Positions 1 through 8,496 of a stretch of DNA of 64,000 bases are shown here, piece by piece. The DNA lies in the IMG/VR virus record IMGVR_UViG_3300016476_001554, positions 7,123-71,122 of that record. One strand, given 5' to 3'. Under the pieces are notes generated by a model, which was not told the DNA's origin, did not search any database, and was given only the letters and a program-made list of their open reading frames with translations. Each line of letters begins with the position of its first letter. Positions within the stretch are counted from its first letter, which is position 1. This stretch comes from a virus (lineage: Duplodnaviria > Caudoviricetes). The position numbers and the translations under genes are program-made.

Positions 1-275
1 TTATTTTTTTCGCCTAAACTTATAGTAGCTTCGTCAAAAACAGAATCATCTTCACTCAACTCTAAGTCTTCCTCTTCAGATATAGGAATATCTTGATCTG
101 TTTTATACTCTAAATCATTCCAAAAATCTATTTCTGTTGGAGTTTTTGGATTATTTTTATCATATTTCGGAAACCTAGAACCATCAGTAGAATATATATC
201 AGCCTTATAAAAAGCCATATTTCCATACTCAGACAAAACTTCTCTTATTATTTTTCTTAAAACAAAATTCCCCAT
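1..275 (-). CDS. Hypothetical acidic protein, truncated at left window edge (not in ORF track)
   Basis: Manual translation from ATG 275: MGNFVLRKIIREVLSEYGNMAFYKAD...; frame open to position 1; carries the LRKIIREVL motif and an upstream TATTTATT. Confidence 0.75.
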   Translation of the reverse strand, partial: MGNFVLRKIIREVLSEYGNMAFYKADIYSTDGSRFPKYDKNNPKTPTEIDFWNDLEYKTDQDIPISEEEDLELSEDDSVFDEATISLGEKN

Positions 276-300
276 ACTAATAAATATGGGGAATTTTGTT
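261..300. terminator. Perfect 16-bp inverted repeat; probable terminator overlapping the next start codon
   Basis: AACAAAATTCCCCATA (261-276) / 8-nt loop / TATGGGGAATTTTGTT (285-300); on minus strand a GC core is followed by TTTTGTTTT. Confidence 0.65.
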
Positions 301-322
301 TATTTGCTATATGATTTAAAAC

Positions 323-1759
323 CTAAGATAAAACTCTAAATATCCCCTTTGCAACATTGTAGTCTTTTGCTATCTTTCTTTCTGAGCCATTCATATCAGT
401 TATTTTTAAAAGGTTGCATATAGTCAAAAAATCTATCACTTCTTTTTCTTCGTATTTTACATCTAAATTATTTAAACCTTCTATGAATTTATTATATGGA
501 GGTATTATACTTCCGACATTTAAATTTCCGTTCATATATAAAGCATCTAAGAAGATTTGATATTTTTCATTAGCATGTATACCATGAGTTTTTATATCAT
601 TTAAAATTTTTACAGCTTCTTCAGAATTAATACTCTCACTTGGGTTATGCTCTACAAAATCTCCACTATCATTACTCTTAAGTTCAATTTTATCTAAATT
701 TGAATCTTTGATTTCAGATTCGTTGTTTTCGTATTCATTTACACTACCAATTACATCTTCAAACTCATCTATATAATCTCCAACTTCTTCTATCTCTTCT
801 AAAATTTCATCATCTTCCTTAGCTTCTAAACTTTGATTTAATTCTTTTACTTCTTCTAATATATCATTATCAACCAAACCTTTATCTTCAACCTCTAATT
901 CATCATCTTCTCCTTTTTTTCTCACTACAATATCAGACAATGTCTTTAAGCCAGCTCTCTCTAATGCTATATTTGTGGCAATAACCAAACAAACTGCCAT
1001 TGGATCAAAAACAAATATTAACAATAATATAAAAAAGTTTACTACAGAATCCATACTATAGCCTGTTAATTTAGCTATATACTTTAAAGGTCCAACTTCT
1101 CCAGCTACATCATTACTTTTTAATCCTAATATTTCAGTATCTAATTTTGCCAACTCATCATTTTTTAGTTGTATTTTTTGACTTAAAACATCAGCTTCTT
1201 TAGTAACCCTAGTTATTTCTAGATTAGATTGATTAATTTGTTCTTCTACTCTTTTTGCTATATTTACTTTACTTCTGTTATACAAACTATCAACTCTAGA
1301 CTCTTGCTGAGTTCTTAGGATTATTAATGACTGAACCCTATCTTGTTTTAATTTTTGATTTGATTCTAATCTAGAAATGTCATCTTGAACAATCTTTTTC
1401 TTTTGCTCTATTAAAGCTATTTGACCATCTATATTTTCTAATTTATTTGAAGTTTCTGAATATGCACTAGACAAAAATCCGTAAATACCAGCACTAGTAA
1501 TTAACATTATTGTAATTGTACCTATGGTCAAGTAGGTTTTCAACTTCCAATTTATATGCTTCCAATACTTGTGCAAAAAAGATGCTGTAACTAACTTAGA
1601 AAACTCTAAACTAGAAGCCATTATAATAACTGCCCCTTGAGCACCACCAAACAATTTAGATAGACCAGTTACAGAAAAAAAAGCTGCAGCTCCAGCTAAA
1701 GAAAATGCGGATAAGGCAACTAAAAACGGGAAAAAATATTCTTTAATTCTTAATAACAT
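323..1759 (-). CDS. Membrane-anchored coiled-coil protein (DUF4407-like architecture)
   Basis: Three N-terminal hydrophobic helices, long heptad-rich segment, a further TM (FFILLLIFVFDPMAVCLVIA), acidic tail. Confidence 0.6.
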   Translation of the reverse strand: MLLRIKEYFFPFLVALSAFSLAGAAAFFSVTGLSKLFGGAQGAVIIMASSLEFSKLVTASFLHKYWKHINWKLKTYLTIGTITIMLITSAGIYGFLSSAYSETSNKLENIDGQIALIEQKKKIVQDDISRLESNQKLKQDRVQSLIILRTQQESRVDSLYNRSKVNIAKRVEEQINQSNLEITRVTKEADVLSQKIQLKNDELAKLDTEILGLKSNDVAGEVGPLKYIAKLTGYSMDSVVNFFILLLIFVFDPMAVCLVIATNIALERAGLKTLSDIVVRKKGEDDELEVEDKGLVDNDILEEVKELNQSLEAKEDDEILEEIEEVGDYIDEFEDVIGSVNEYENNESEIKDSNLDKIELKSNDSGDFVEHNPSESINSEEAVKILNDIKTHGIHANEKYQIFLDALYMNGNLNVGSIIPPYNKFIEGLNNLDVKYEEKEVIDFLTICNLLKITDMNGSERKIAKDYNVAKGIFRVLS

Positions 1760-1763
1760 AATA

Positions 1764-1771
1764 CAAAAATA
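1764..1771 (-). promoter_or_regulatory. Bacteroidota-type -7 element TATTTTTG
   Basis: Matches TAnnTTTG, 4 nt upstream of ATG 1759; no clear -33 TTTG. Confidence 0.45.
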
Positions 1772-1798
1772 AAAAACATAAAAACTAAAATAAAGAAT

Positions 1799-2248
1799 TT
1801 ATTTTTCTCCTGGCTCTAAATCAGTATGAGTATTATCACCTAAGCCATGAGTATTTTTAAATTTCTTTATCAACTTATTAAGAAATGCAGTAGGTCTAGC
1901 TTGAACTTCTGAATTTGGCTTTAAATCTCTCAAATGCTTTCTAGTCCATATATTTATCTCCCCATCTTCTAGAATGTAATCTTGATTATTATAATACCAC
2001 CTATTCTTATACCATAAATAAAGAGGATGTTGTTCTCCGTAGGAATATGCCACATACATCTCTCCTAAATCACCAAGATCCTCACCATAAGTATGGGAAG
2101 CTACGAAATTTTCTCTATTATTAACTTTTTCAGCAGCTTCTTTATTTGTAATTCTTTCTTCATCCAATATGGCTTCATCTAAACCAAAACCATCTTCTTT
2201 GGTTATTTTTTCAACCATCTCTCTTATAAGCTTTCTAAAAGATTTCAT
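1799..2248 (-). CDS. Hypothetical protein with N-terminal FRKLIREMV motif
   Basis: 149 aa ORF; TATTTATA at 2262-2269 upstream. Confidence 0.75.
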   Translation of the reverse strand: MKSFRKLIREMVEKITKEDGFGLDEAILDEERITNKEAAEKVNNRENFVASHTYGEDLGDLGEMYVAYSYGEQHPLYLWYKNRWYYNNQDYILEDGEINIWTRKHLRDLKPNSEVQARPTAFLNKLIKKFKNTHGLGDNTHTDLEPGEK

Positions 2249-2284
2249 TTATTTTTTTATATATAAATATTTTACAAAAAAAGA

Positions 2285-2310
2285 AAAACCCCTCATATCT
2301 GAGGGGTTTT
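2285..2310 (-). terminator. Intrinsic terminator after ssb
   Basis: AAAACCCCTCA-TATC-TGAGGGGTTTT hairpin with T/A tracts. Confidence 0.85.
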
Positions 2311-2330
2311 GATAAATACACTACCTAATG

Positions 2331-2822
2331 TTAGAATGGTAAATCTTCATCCACTGAACTAGCCACAAAAGTATCGCTAGTTGCAGTTGCAGTTGCAGGT
2401 TCTGCAACGTATTGTTGAGTTTGCTGTCTAGCATCTTGCGATGTAGTTGCTTGGCTAGTATTAGTTTGTTGGCCATTTGAAGTTCCGTTATTGTTATTAC
2501 CTTTTAAGATTAACAAATCAGAACCAACGATTTTACATCTATATTGCTTCACACCCTCTTTCTCATAAATATCTGTTCTCAATTCTCCATTTACATAAAG
2601 TGTCATACCTTTTTTAATGTAATTTTCACAATATTGTGCTGTTGGACCCCAAAACTCAACATTATGCCACTCAGTTTTTGTTTCCTTTTCTCCATTTTGT
2701 TTTTTGTAGGTTTTATTTGTTGCTAAAACAATAGTAGCAACTTTTCTGTCATTTCCTACACTTCTGAAGTCTACATCCTTACCTACATTTCCGATTAACT
2801 TTACTTCATTTAAACCGTCCAT
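2331..2822 (-). CDS. ssb: Single-stranded DNA-binding protein
   Basis: LNEVKLIGNVGKD OB-fold start, KTEWHNV, acidic DEDLPF tail; start moved to MDGLNEV (2822). Confidence 0.96.
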   Translation of the reverse strand: MDGLNEVKLIGNVGKDVDFRSVGNDRKVATIVLATNKTYKKQNGEKETKTEWHNVEFWGPTAQYCENYIKKGMTLYVNGELRTDIYEKEGVKQYRCKIVGSDLLILKGNNNNGTSNGQQTNTSQATTSQDARQQTQQYVAEPATATATSDTFVASSVDEDLPF

Positions 2823-2855
2823 AACTCTAAATTTTATTTTAATTAATATTGTATA

Positions 2856-2863
2856 CAAATATA
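2856..2863 (-). promoter_or_regulatory. Bacteroidota-type -7 element TATATTTG for ssb
   Basis: TAnnTTTG in the intergenic region upstream of ssb. Confidence 0.6.
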
Positions 2864-2904
2864 ATACTTTTATAATAGAAAAATAAACATAAACTATTTT
2901 TTTT

Positions 2905-2919
2905 TCAACAGCGTGTTGA
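2905..2919. promoter_or_regulatory. Palindromic operator TCAACA-N3-TGTTGA, copy 1
   Basis: TCAACA GCG TGTTGA; second copy at 16241-16255 at similar distance from a -7 box. Confidence 0.6.
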
Positions 2920-2965
2920 TAACTTACTTTTTAATCGATTTATATCAAAAAAACAAAAAAAATAC

Positions 2966-2973
2966 TATTTATA
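2966..2973 (+). promoter_or_regulatory. TATTTATA motif (putative late promoter)
   Basis: 13 nt upstream of ATG 2987; same motif precedes many structural genes. Confidence 0.55.
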
Positions 2974-2986
2974 ATAAAAATCAAAA

Positions 2987-4117
2987 ATGAATAAGAATAT
3001 TGTAAAAACTATTAGAGAAGCTTTTAAAATTGCTTATACTAGTAAACTACTTAAGGAAGCTTCTGAAGATTTAGCTGCAAAATTAAGCCCAGAAGAACTT
3101 AGGTTGGCAGAGACAATTTACCCTAGATGGATTTCTGGAAGATTAAGATTACGTTTTGGTAGCAAAGAGGCTACTCCAGCTGTTCAAAACTATTTAATAG
3201 AAAAAGCAGTAGAAGAATATAAACAAACAGGAGATAAAAAAATTCATGATGCAATTTCTTATTTTTATTATCCACTAGCTAGAACTAAAACTTACAACGC
3301 AATAAAAATGGGTAAATATGGTTCTGCAATAGCACAAAACCTAAGAATAAAATTTGGAAATAATTGGGAAGATGGATTTCAGGAAAATGTTTTAACTGCA
3401 TGGGCTTTATCATTAGGAGATCCTACTATTTTTGATGAAATAATATCAACATATACACAAGATAGCCCAACAGGTATTGGTGGTTTACTTTTATATAAAC
3501 TTTCCGAAAAAGCATCTTCTTTAGCTGCGAAATCTAAAGCTTCTAAAAAAGGTGGAGGTGCAGAAAAAAAATCTTTAGACCAACCTGGCTATGATGATGA
3601 AGGCGGAAGAAAATTTGATATTGCTGGAGGAATTGAAATAAATGACGATGTTGATTTAAAAACTAAATTATATGAACTATTTTCTGAATTTGGTAATTTA
3701 GTTTCTGATTTTTTTGAATCTAAAGGTAAATTAGCTTTGGCTACATTAGCAAAAGAATTTTTTGTGAATGGAAAATCATATGCTGATATTTTATCAGACA
3801 ATCCAGATTTATTTGAAGGTAAAAAACCAGGTGATTTGTCAATGATGATGATTTTGCAAGTTTTAGCACCTTCAAGTGTTAAATCTATATCTAAAGCTGT
3901 GGCTAAAGAAATTGGTTTCCCTGAAGAATGGCTAGAAAACTTAATTGTATCTAAAAACATAAGTTCTATACAAGATGCATTTAAAGAAGTAGAACCAGAA
4001 ACAGAAGCGCCTGCTCCTATAAAAAAGAAAGACGAAGAAGGTTTAGTGTTCGAAAAATTTATAAATTCTAATATGGACAAAATTGTTAAAGAAGTTTATA
4101 AAAGATTAGGAAAATAA
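2987..4117 (+). CDS. Highly divergent sigma70-family-like protein
   Basis: Ordered sigma-like segments: YKQTGDKKIHDAISYFYYPL, WEDGFQENVLTAW, KSLDQPGYDDEG, FFVNGKSYADI. Confidence 0.5.
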   Translation: MNKNIVKTIREAFKIAYTSKLLKEASEDLAAKLSPEELRLAETIYPRWISGRLRLRFGSKEATPAVQNYLIEKAVEEYKQTGDKKIHDAISYFYYPLARTKTYNAIKMGKYGSAIAQNLRIKFGNNWEDGFQENVLTAWALSLGDPTIFDEIISTYTQDSPTGIGGLLLYKLSEKASSLAAKSKASKKGGGAEKKSLDQPGYDDEGGRKFDIAGGIEINDDVDLKTKLYELFSEFGNLVSDFFESKGKLALATLAKEFFVNGKSYADILSDNPDLFEGKKPGDLSMMMILQVLAPSSVKSISKAVAKEIGFPEEWLENLIVSKNISSIQDAFKEVEPETEAPAPIKKKDEEGLVFEKFINSNMDKIVKEVYKRLGK

Positions 4118-4139
4118 AATATCTTATACACAATATAAA

Positions 4140-4165
4140 AAAAGCCCTCAATTTAGAGGGCTTTT
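4140..4165. terminator. Bidirectional intrinsic terminator
   Basis: AAAAGCCCTC-AATTTA-GAGGGCTTTT between convergent genes ending at 4117 and 4175. Confidence 0.85.
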
Positions 4166-4174
4166 TTTATATCT

Positions 4175-4390
4175 TTAAACATCATATGCAAACTGAAGTG
4201 ATTCTCCTTCTCTAAAATCATTTTTATAAAAAGACCTAAACCATTCAACATTTTTTAAAAACTCATAAGGAAAAAAAGTTTTACCTAAACCCTCTGCTTT
4301 ACCGTCAAAGAAAAAAATCTCAGATTGTTTATATGGCATATTGTGCCAATAAAATACTTTTAACTCTTTTTGATTATCTATACTAATCAT
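4175..4390 (-). CDS. Hypothetical protein
   Basis: 71 aa ORF overlapping the upstream gene stop. Confidence 0.6.
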   Translation of the reverse strand: MISIDNQKELKVFYWHNMPYKQSEIFFFDGKAEGLGKTFFPYEFLKNVEWFRSFYKNDFREGESLQFAYDV

Positions 4391-4628
4391 TCTTGATTAT
4401 AACAGCTTCAAAATTATCACTATTTACCAACTCAATACCACCTTCAAAATTCTTTTTATATATATTGAGGTCAGAGTCAAAAAAAACTTTAGAATAATTC
4501 ATATCGGTTTCACTCAGTATTTTGTCTTTAGAAATGTCTTTGATTCTAATTTGTAATTTCTCTTCTTCTGAAGAGAGGTAACTTTCAAACATAAAGTCAA
4601 TCTCTTTATAAAACTTTTCATCACTCAT
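4383..4628 (-). CDS. Hypothetical protein
   Basis: 81 aa ORF preceded by a complete Bacteroidota-type promoter. Confidence 0.7.
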   Translation of the reverse strand: MSDEKFYKEIDFMFESYLSSEEEKLQIRIKDISKDKILSETDMNYSKVFFDSDLNIYKKNFEGGIELVNSDNFEAVIIKND

Positions 4629-4632
4629 CGTG

Positions 4633-4664
4633 CAAATATATTTACTTGTTTTTAAAAAAACAAA
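4633..4664 (-). promoter_or_regulatory. Bacteroidota sigma-A-type promoter
   Basis: TTTG (4661-4664), 20 nt, TATATTTG (4633-4640), 4 nt, ATG. Confidence 0.65.
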
Positions 4665-5085
4665 TAATATTTTCTATAGTTTTCATTCTATTTAAAAACA
4701 TATCTTTAACACCTGGGTGTAAATCATTGGGAACATTATCTAAATAAAACCACCCATAATCTATACCTTCATTTTCCTCTTCTAATTTAGGTATAAATTC
4801 TTCTTCAAATAATCCAACAAAAGTATAAAACTTTAAGTGATTACTATCAAAAACATCCAATGGCTTATTAGATATCTTAAACTTTCCATGATATCCACTT
4901 TCTTCTGTAAATTCACGCATAGCAATATCTTTAGGGGTATTATCCTCCCCTTCTTCATACTTTCCGCCAAACGTAGCCCAAGTTCCAGGTTGTGGCTGAT
5001 TTAAACCACGCCTAATCAATAATATTCTACCCGTTTTTATACAAACTGGAAGTATACCTGCCGCTATTATCTTTTCGCTTTTCAT
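4642..5085 (-). CDS. NUDIX hydrolase
   Basis: Nudix box GGKYEEGEDNTPKDIAMREFTEESG; WF...P..LHPG tail. Confidence 0.92.
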   Translation of the reverse strand: MKSEKIIAAGILPVCIKTGRILLIRRGLNQPQPGTWATFGGKYEEGEDNTPKDIAMREFTEESGYHGKFKISNKPLDVFDSNHLKFYTFVGLFEEEFIPKLEEENEGIDYGWFYLDNVPNDLHPGVKDMFLNRMKTIENIICFFKNK

Positions 5086-5113
5086 CTATTAAATAAATAT
5101 ATCTAAAAAAGAT

Positions 5114-6625
5114 TTATTTCGTCATGTATACCATAAAATACAACTTATGCTTACTTCTAGATACAGCTACATAATGAATATTTCTAGATTCTACATCATC
5201 TTCATCTTCAGGATCAAAACTAATTTGGGATATTTGTTTTTTTGAAAGTTTGTGAAAATTTGGATTTTGTTCTAAAAGCTCTGGAGCTATAGAATTTACA
5301 ACTACGCAAGTATGATATTCTCTACCCTTGCTTCTATGTATAGTTCTGATATGCTTATCTGAATTTCTATGTCTATAAATAAAATCTATAACTTCACTAT
5401 CATCATTGTTATAATATTCTCTAACTTCTTTTAGTCTATATTTTAAACCTTCAGTTATATTACCTTTTTTAAAGTTTTCTACATCTTTTTGACTGATAAA
5501 GCTATTATACGCAATAGGTATTTTTTTCTTTAACAAAACTCTCTCTAATTTTTTTATAACATCATTTGTTCTAACTAAAACAGCTACTTCCTCAGGAAAT
5601 TTTAATACTTCAATTAACTCATCTAATCTTAACATTATTTTTGTATCAACGAAGCCTTCACTATTACTATTTGCAACTGCTTTAAGAGATGAAAATTTAT
5701 TAGAATTTTCAACTATTTTTTTATCACTTCTAAAATTTACAGAAAGAGTAAGTTCTGTCATATCCCTTCTTGCTTTTACCATACTCTCAAGCAATGTACA
5801 ATTAGCTCCTGAATATCCGTAAATTGACTGATTTCTATCTCCTATTAAATAATAATACTTAGCATTTAAAGAAAGCAAAATCTGCAATTGTATTGCACTA
5901 GTATCTTGATATTCGTCGATGAAAATATAATCATATTTACCTCTGAACATTTTAAGCCACCTATCTTCTCGAAACATATCTCTTACTTCTATAAGCATAT
6001 CAGAAAAATCACGTGATTTACTTTCACGCATAAAAGCATTGTATTCACTTAAATAAGAAGGCACTTTTGCTTTTATACCATCTGCTGATTGAAGTTTAAA
6101 AGAAGCTATAGAAGAAGAAATAAAATCAGCATCTTCATACAAATTAGATATAGTTTCATAATAAAAATCTCTAGCCTCTTGGTCTGAATAAATTCCTGGT
6201 TTATATTTTACCTTAAACCATTCAATAAAATCTCTGAAATCAGATATTTTTCTTGCTTTCTGAGTACTATTTAAAACGTATCCACAAAAAGAGTGTATAG
6301 TGGATATTTTTATACCATTCTTTGAACTTTTTTCTTTTACTTGTATTCCTTGCTTTTTAACTCTTTCAATTAACTCCTTTACTGCATCATTAGTAAAACT
6401 AAAAAAAATTATTCTATTAGGATCTACGCCTCTAGTAATTAACTTTTTTAATCTTTCTACGCAAGAAAATGTTTTTCCAGAACCAGCACAGCTGGCTAAT
6501 ATTACAGAATTATTGTTGTCATATTCTATAAATCTCTTTTGCTCTTCTGTATAATTATTTTGTTTGTTTTCTTCGAATAAATTTAATTGTACATTCTTTT
6601 TGATAACTATATTTCTTTTGGCCAT
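5114..6625 (-). CDS. UvrD/Rep-family SF1A helicase, compact
   Basis: AGSGKT, IDEYQD, GDRNQSIYGY, NFRS, TIHRSKGREY, YVAVSRSK. Confidence 0.93.
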   Translation of the reverse strand: MAKRNIVIKKNVQLNLFEENKQNNYTEEQKRFIEYDNNNSVILASCAGSGKTFSCVERLKKLITRGVDPNRIIFFSFTNDAVKELIERVKKQGIQVKEKSSKNGIKISTIHSFCGYVLNSTQKARKISDFRDFIEWFKVKYKPGIYSDQEARDFYYETISNLYEDADFISSSIASFKLQSADGIKAKVPSYLSEYNAFMRESKSRDFSDMLIEVRDMFREDRWLKMFRGKYDYIFIDEYQDTSAIQLQILLSLNAKYYYLIGDRNQSIYGYSGANCTLLESMVKARRDMTELTLSVNFRSDKKIVENSNKFSSLKAVANSNSEGFVDTKIMLRLDELIEVLKFPEEVAVLVRTNDVIKKLERVLLKKKIPIAYNSFISQKDVENFKKGNITEGLKYRLKEVREYYNNDDSEVIDFIYRHRNSDKHIRTIHRSKGREYHTCVVVNSIAPELLEQNPNFHKLSKKQISQISFDPEDEDDVESRNIHYVAVSRSKHKLYFMVYMTK

Positions 6626-6683
6626 AAATTACTATATTTTCAACATTTATCTTATATTACACCTATTAAAATGATGCAAACAA

Positions 6684-6935
6684 TTAAATTAGATTAAAAT
6701 AATCCCCATTTATTATGTCTTGTATTTTAAAATCAATATCTTTTTCTAAATCTCCAACATAACTTAAATCTTCTAATCTAGTCCAAAACACTAAAATATC
6801 TTTATTTTGATTTTCATAAAGTAAAAACAAAATATCATCTTCCGACTTTAAACAATACAATAAATCATCTGATGGTATTTCAACACCATCAGACATAATT
6901 TTATTTTCATTTAATTTATAGCAAGAAAAAATCAT
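6684..6935 (-). CDS. Hypothetical protein
   Basis: 83 aa ORF with 4-nt overlap to sigma gene. Confidence 0.6.
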   Translation of the reverse strand: MIFSCYKLNENKIMSDGVEIPSDDLLYCLKSEDDILFLLYENQNKDILVFWTRLEDLSYVGDLEKDIDFKIQDIINGDYFNLI

Positions 6936-7807
6936 AGCTTACAATTTAAAAAATCTTTTAGTTTAGAACTCTTACCATACATTCTTAATTTTTTTAGAGC
7001 AAACTCTTTAATTTGTCTTACTCTTTCATTTGTAAGATCTAGCTCTTCTCCTATTTCTTTTAAACTCATTTCATAATGACCATTCAAGCCAAAATGCATA
7101 TTTAATATTCTTATTTCTCTTGCATTTAAATCTTCAAAAACAGAATTTATTTCATCTTTTAAAGAATTTAAATTAATTTTTTTATCTATATCATCCATGG
7201 TTTCTCCAGGGATAAAATCCCCAACCTCAGAATCAGAATCTTCTTTTACTTTATCATCTATAGAAACGTAACTCATGGAGTCATTAACCGAAATCTTTAC
7301 CTCCTTTTCGGTTAGCTCTGTAGCTTTTACAATTTCATCTATAGTGGGTTCTCTATCTAAAGTCTGATATAACTTATCAGAAGCTTTATTGATTTTACTT
7401 ATATTGTTTATTTTATTTATTGGTAGCCTTACAGTGTTTCCGTTTTCATAAACAGATTGCATAATAGATTGTCTAATCCACCAAACAGCATAAGAAATAA
7501 ATTTTACACCCTTTGTTTCATCAAATTTATTTACAGCTTTAATAAGTCCAATATTACCCTCACTAGACAATTCCTCCAAAGGAATACCAGACCATGAATA
7601 TTCTTTAGCAATTGACAATACAAACCTTAAATTAGATTCTACCAACCTATTCATAGCCCTTTGATCTCCTCCTCTAGCCTTTACTGCCAACTCAGCCTGT
7701 TCATCTCCAGAGATTGTATTTAACTTTCTTAGTTCCTTAAAGTAATTTCTGATTGATATACTATTGCCACTAGTAGAACAATCGTTGTTGTTGTTTGTTT
7801 TATCCAT
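6932..7807 (-). CDS. RpoD-like sigma70 factor of Bacteroidota primary-sigma type (no region 1.1)
   Basis: NLRFVLSIAK, EGNIGLIKAVNKFDETKGVKFISYAVWWIRQSI, VRLPINK, LTNERVRQIKEFALKKLR; 291 aa. Confidence 0.95.
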   Translation of the reverse strand: MDKTNNNNDCSTSGNSISIRNYFKELRKLNTISGDEQAELAVKARGGDQRAMNRLVESNLRFVLSIAKEYSWSGIPLEELSSEGNIGLIKAVNKFDETKGVKFISYAVWWIRQSIMQSVYENGNTVRLPINKINNISKINKASDKLYQTLDREPTIDEIVKATELTEKEVKISVNDSMSYVSIDDKVKEDSDSEVGDFIPGETMDDIDKKINLNSLKDEINSVFEDLNAREIRILNMHFGLNGHYEMSLKEIGEELDLTNERVRQIKEFALKKLRMYGKSSKLKDFLNCKL

Positions 7808-7825
7808 AATATCTACCTAACTTTT

Positions 7826-8275
7826 TTAATCATTCCACTCTAAATTTGCAACAAATTTCTTAAAGCTATTGAATTGTTCTTCTGATTTCATTTCCATTTT
7901 TAAAACCACTAAATTATGATCTTCATATATTTCTGCAGTATCTGCTTGATTTATAATAGTAAAAGAAACACACCTTTCTTCTATTCCTTTTTGTTTAACT
8001 ATTTTTAAATCAGTTTCTATAAAGCCATTATCATTATTACCAGTTCTACAATAAGTTCCGTTTTCTTCATATGCATATCTGCCATCATGAATATGATTTT
8101 GTGCTTCTGATTGGTTTTTACTAGATTTTAACTGAGCTTCAAACGCAGCCTGGTGGTCTATTTGATTATTTTGACCAACTTCTTGCGTAGAAATTTCTCC
8201 TAAATTTCCGTAAGGATTCTCAGTTTCTTCTCCTAAAATCCCTCTACTAAGTACTTGTTTTGCTTGATTATCCAT
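7826..8275 (-). CDS. Hypothetical protein
   Basis: 149 aa ORF, first gene of the sigma-uvrD run. Confidence 0.7.
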   Translation of the reverse strand: MDNQAKQVLSRGILGEETENPYGNLGEISTQEVGQNNQIDHQAAFEAQLKSSKNQSEAQNHIHDGRYAYEENGTYCRTGNNDNGFIETDLKIVKQKGIEERCVSFTIINQADTAEIYEDHNLVVLKMEMKSEEQFNSFKKFVANLEWND

Positions 8276-8310
8276 AATATGTAAAGTTTATAGCCAACAA
8301 AGGCTGACAA

Positions 8311-8342
8311 CAAAAATATGTCTTTTTTTTCTTTTAAACAAA
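8311..8342 (-). promoter_or_regulatory. Bacteroidota sigma-A-type promoter
   Basis: TTTG (8339-8342), 20 nt, TATTTTTG (8311-8318). Confidence 0.6.
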
Positions 8343-8445
8343 AAAATTATAATTAATAAGATTTTTTTATGCTATTAAGATGTAAACAGCATAATTTATA
8401 GAACAAATAAATTTGTTGATTTTTAATTGTGATAAATGTGTATAT

Positions 8446-8496
8446 TATTAAACTCTTTCTTTATATATTAAACTCTATTATTTTATATTAAACTCT
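8446..8496. repeat. Three direct repeats TATTAAACTCT with exact 20-bp period
   Basis: Copies at 8446-8456, 8466-8476, 8486-8496. Confidence 0.85.

Noticed and set aside
2544-2726. Plus-strand 60 aa ORF inside ssb
   Set aside because: Antisense shadow of a well-supported gene
3589-4080. Minus-strand 163 aa ORF
   Set aside because: Ser-rich antisense shadow of the 2987-4117 gene
6639-6645. Third copy of the TCAACA-N3-TGTTGA operator upstream of uvrD
   Set aside because: Only a TTCAACA half-site, expected by chance at this composition
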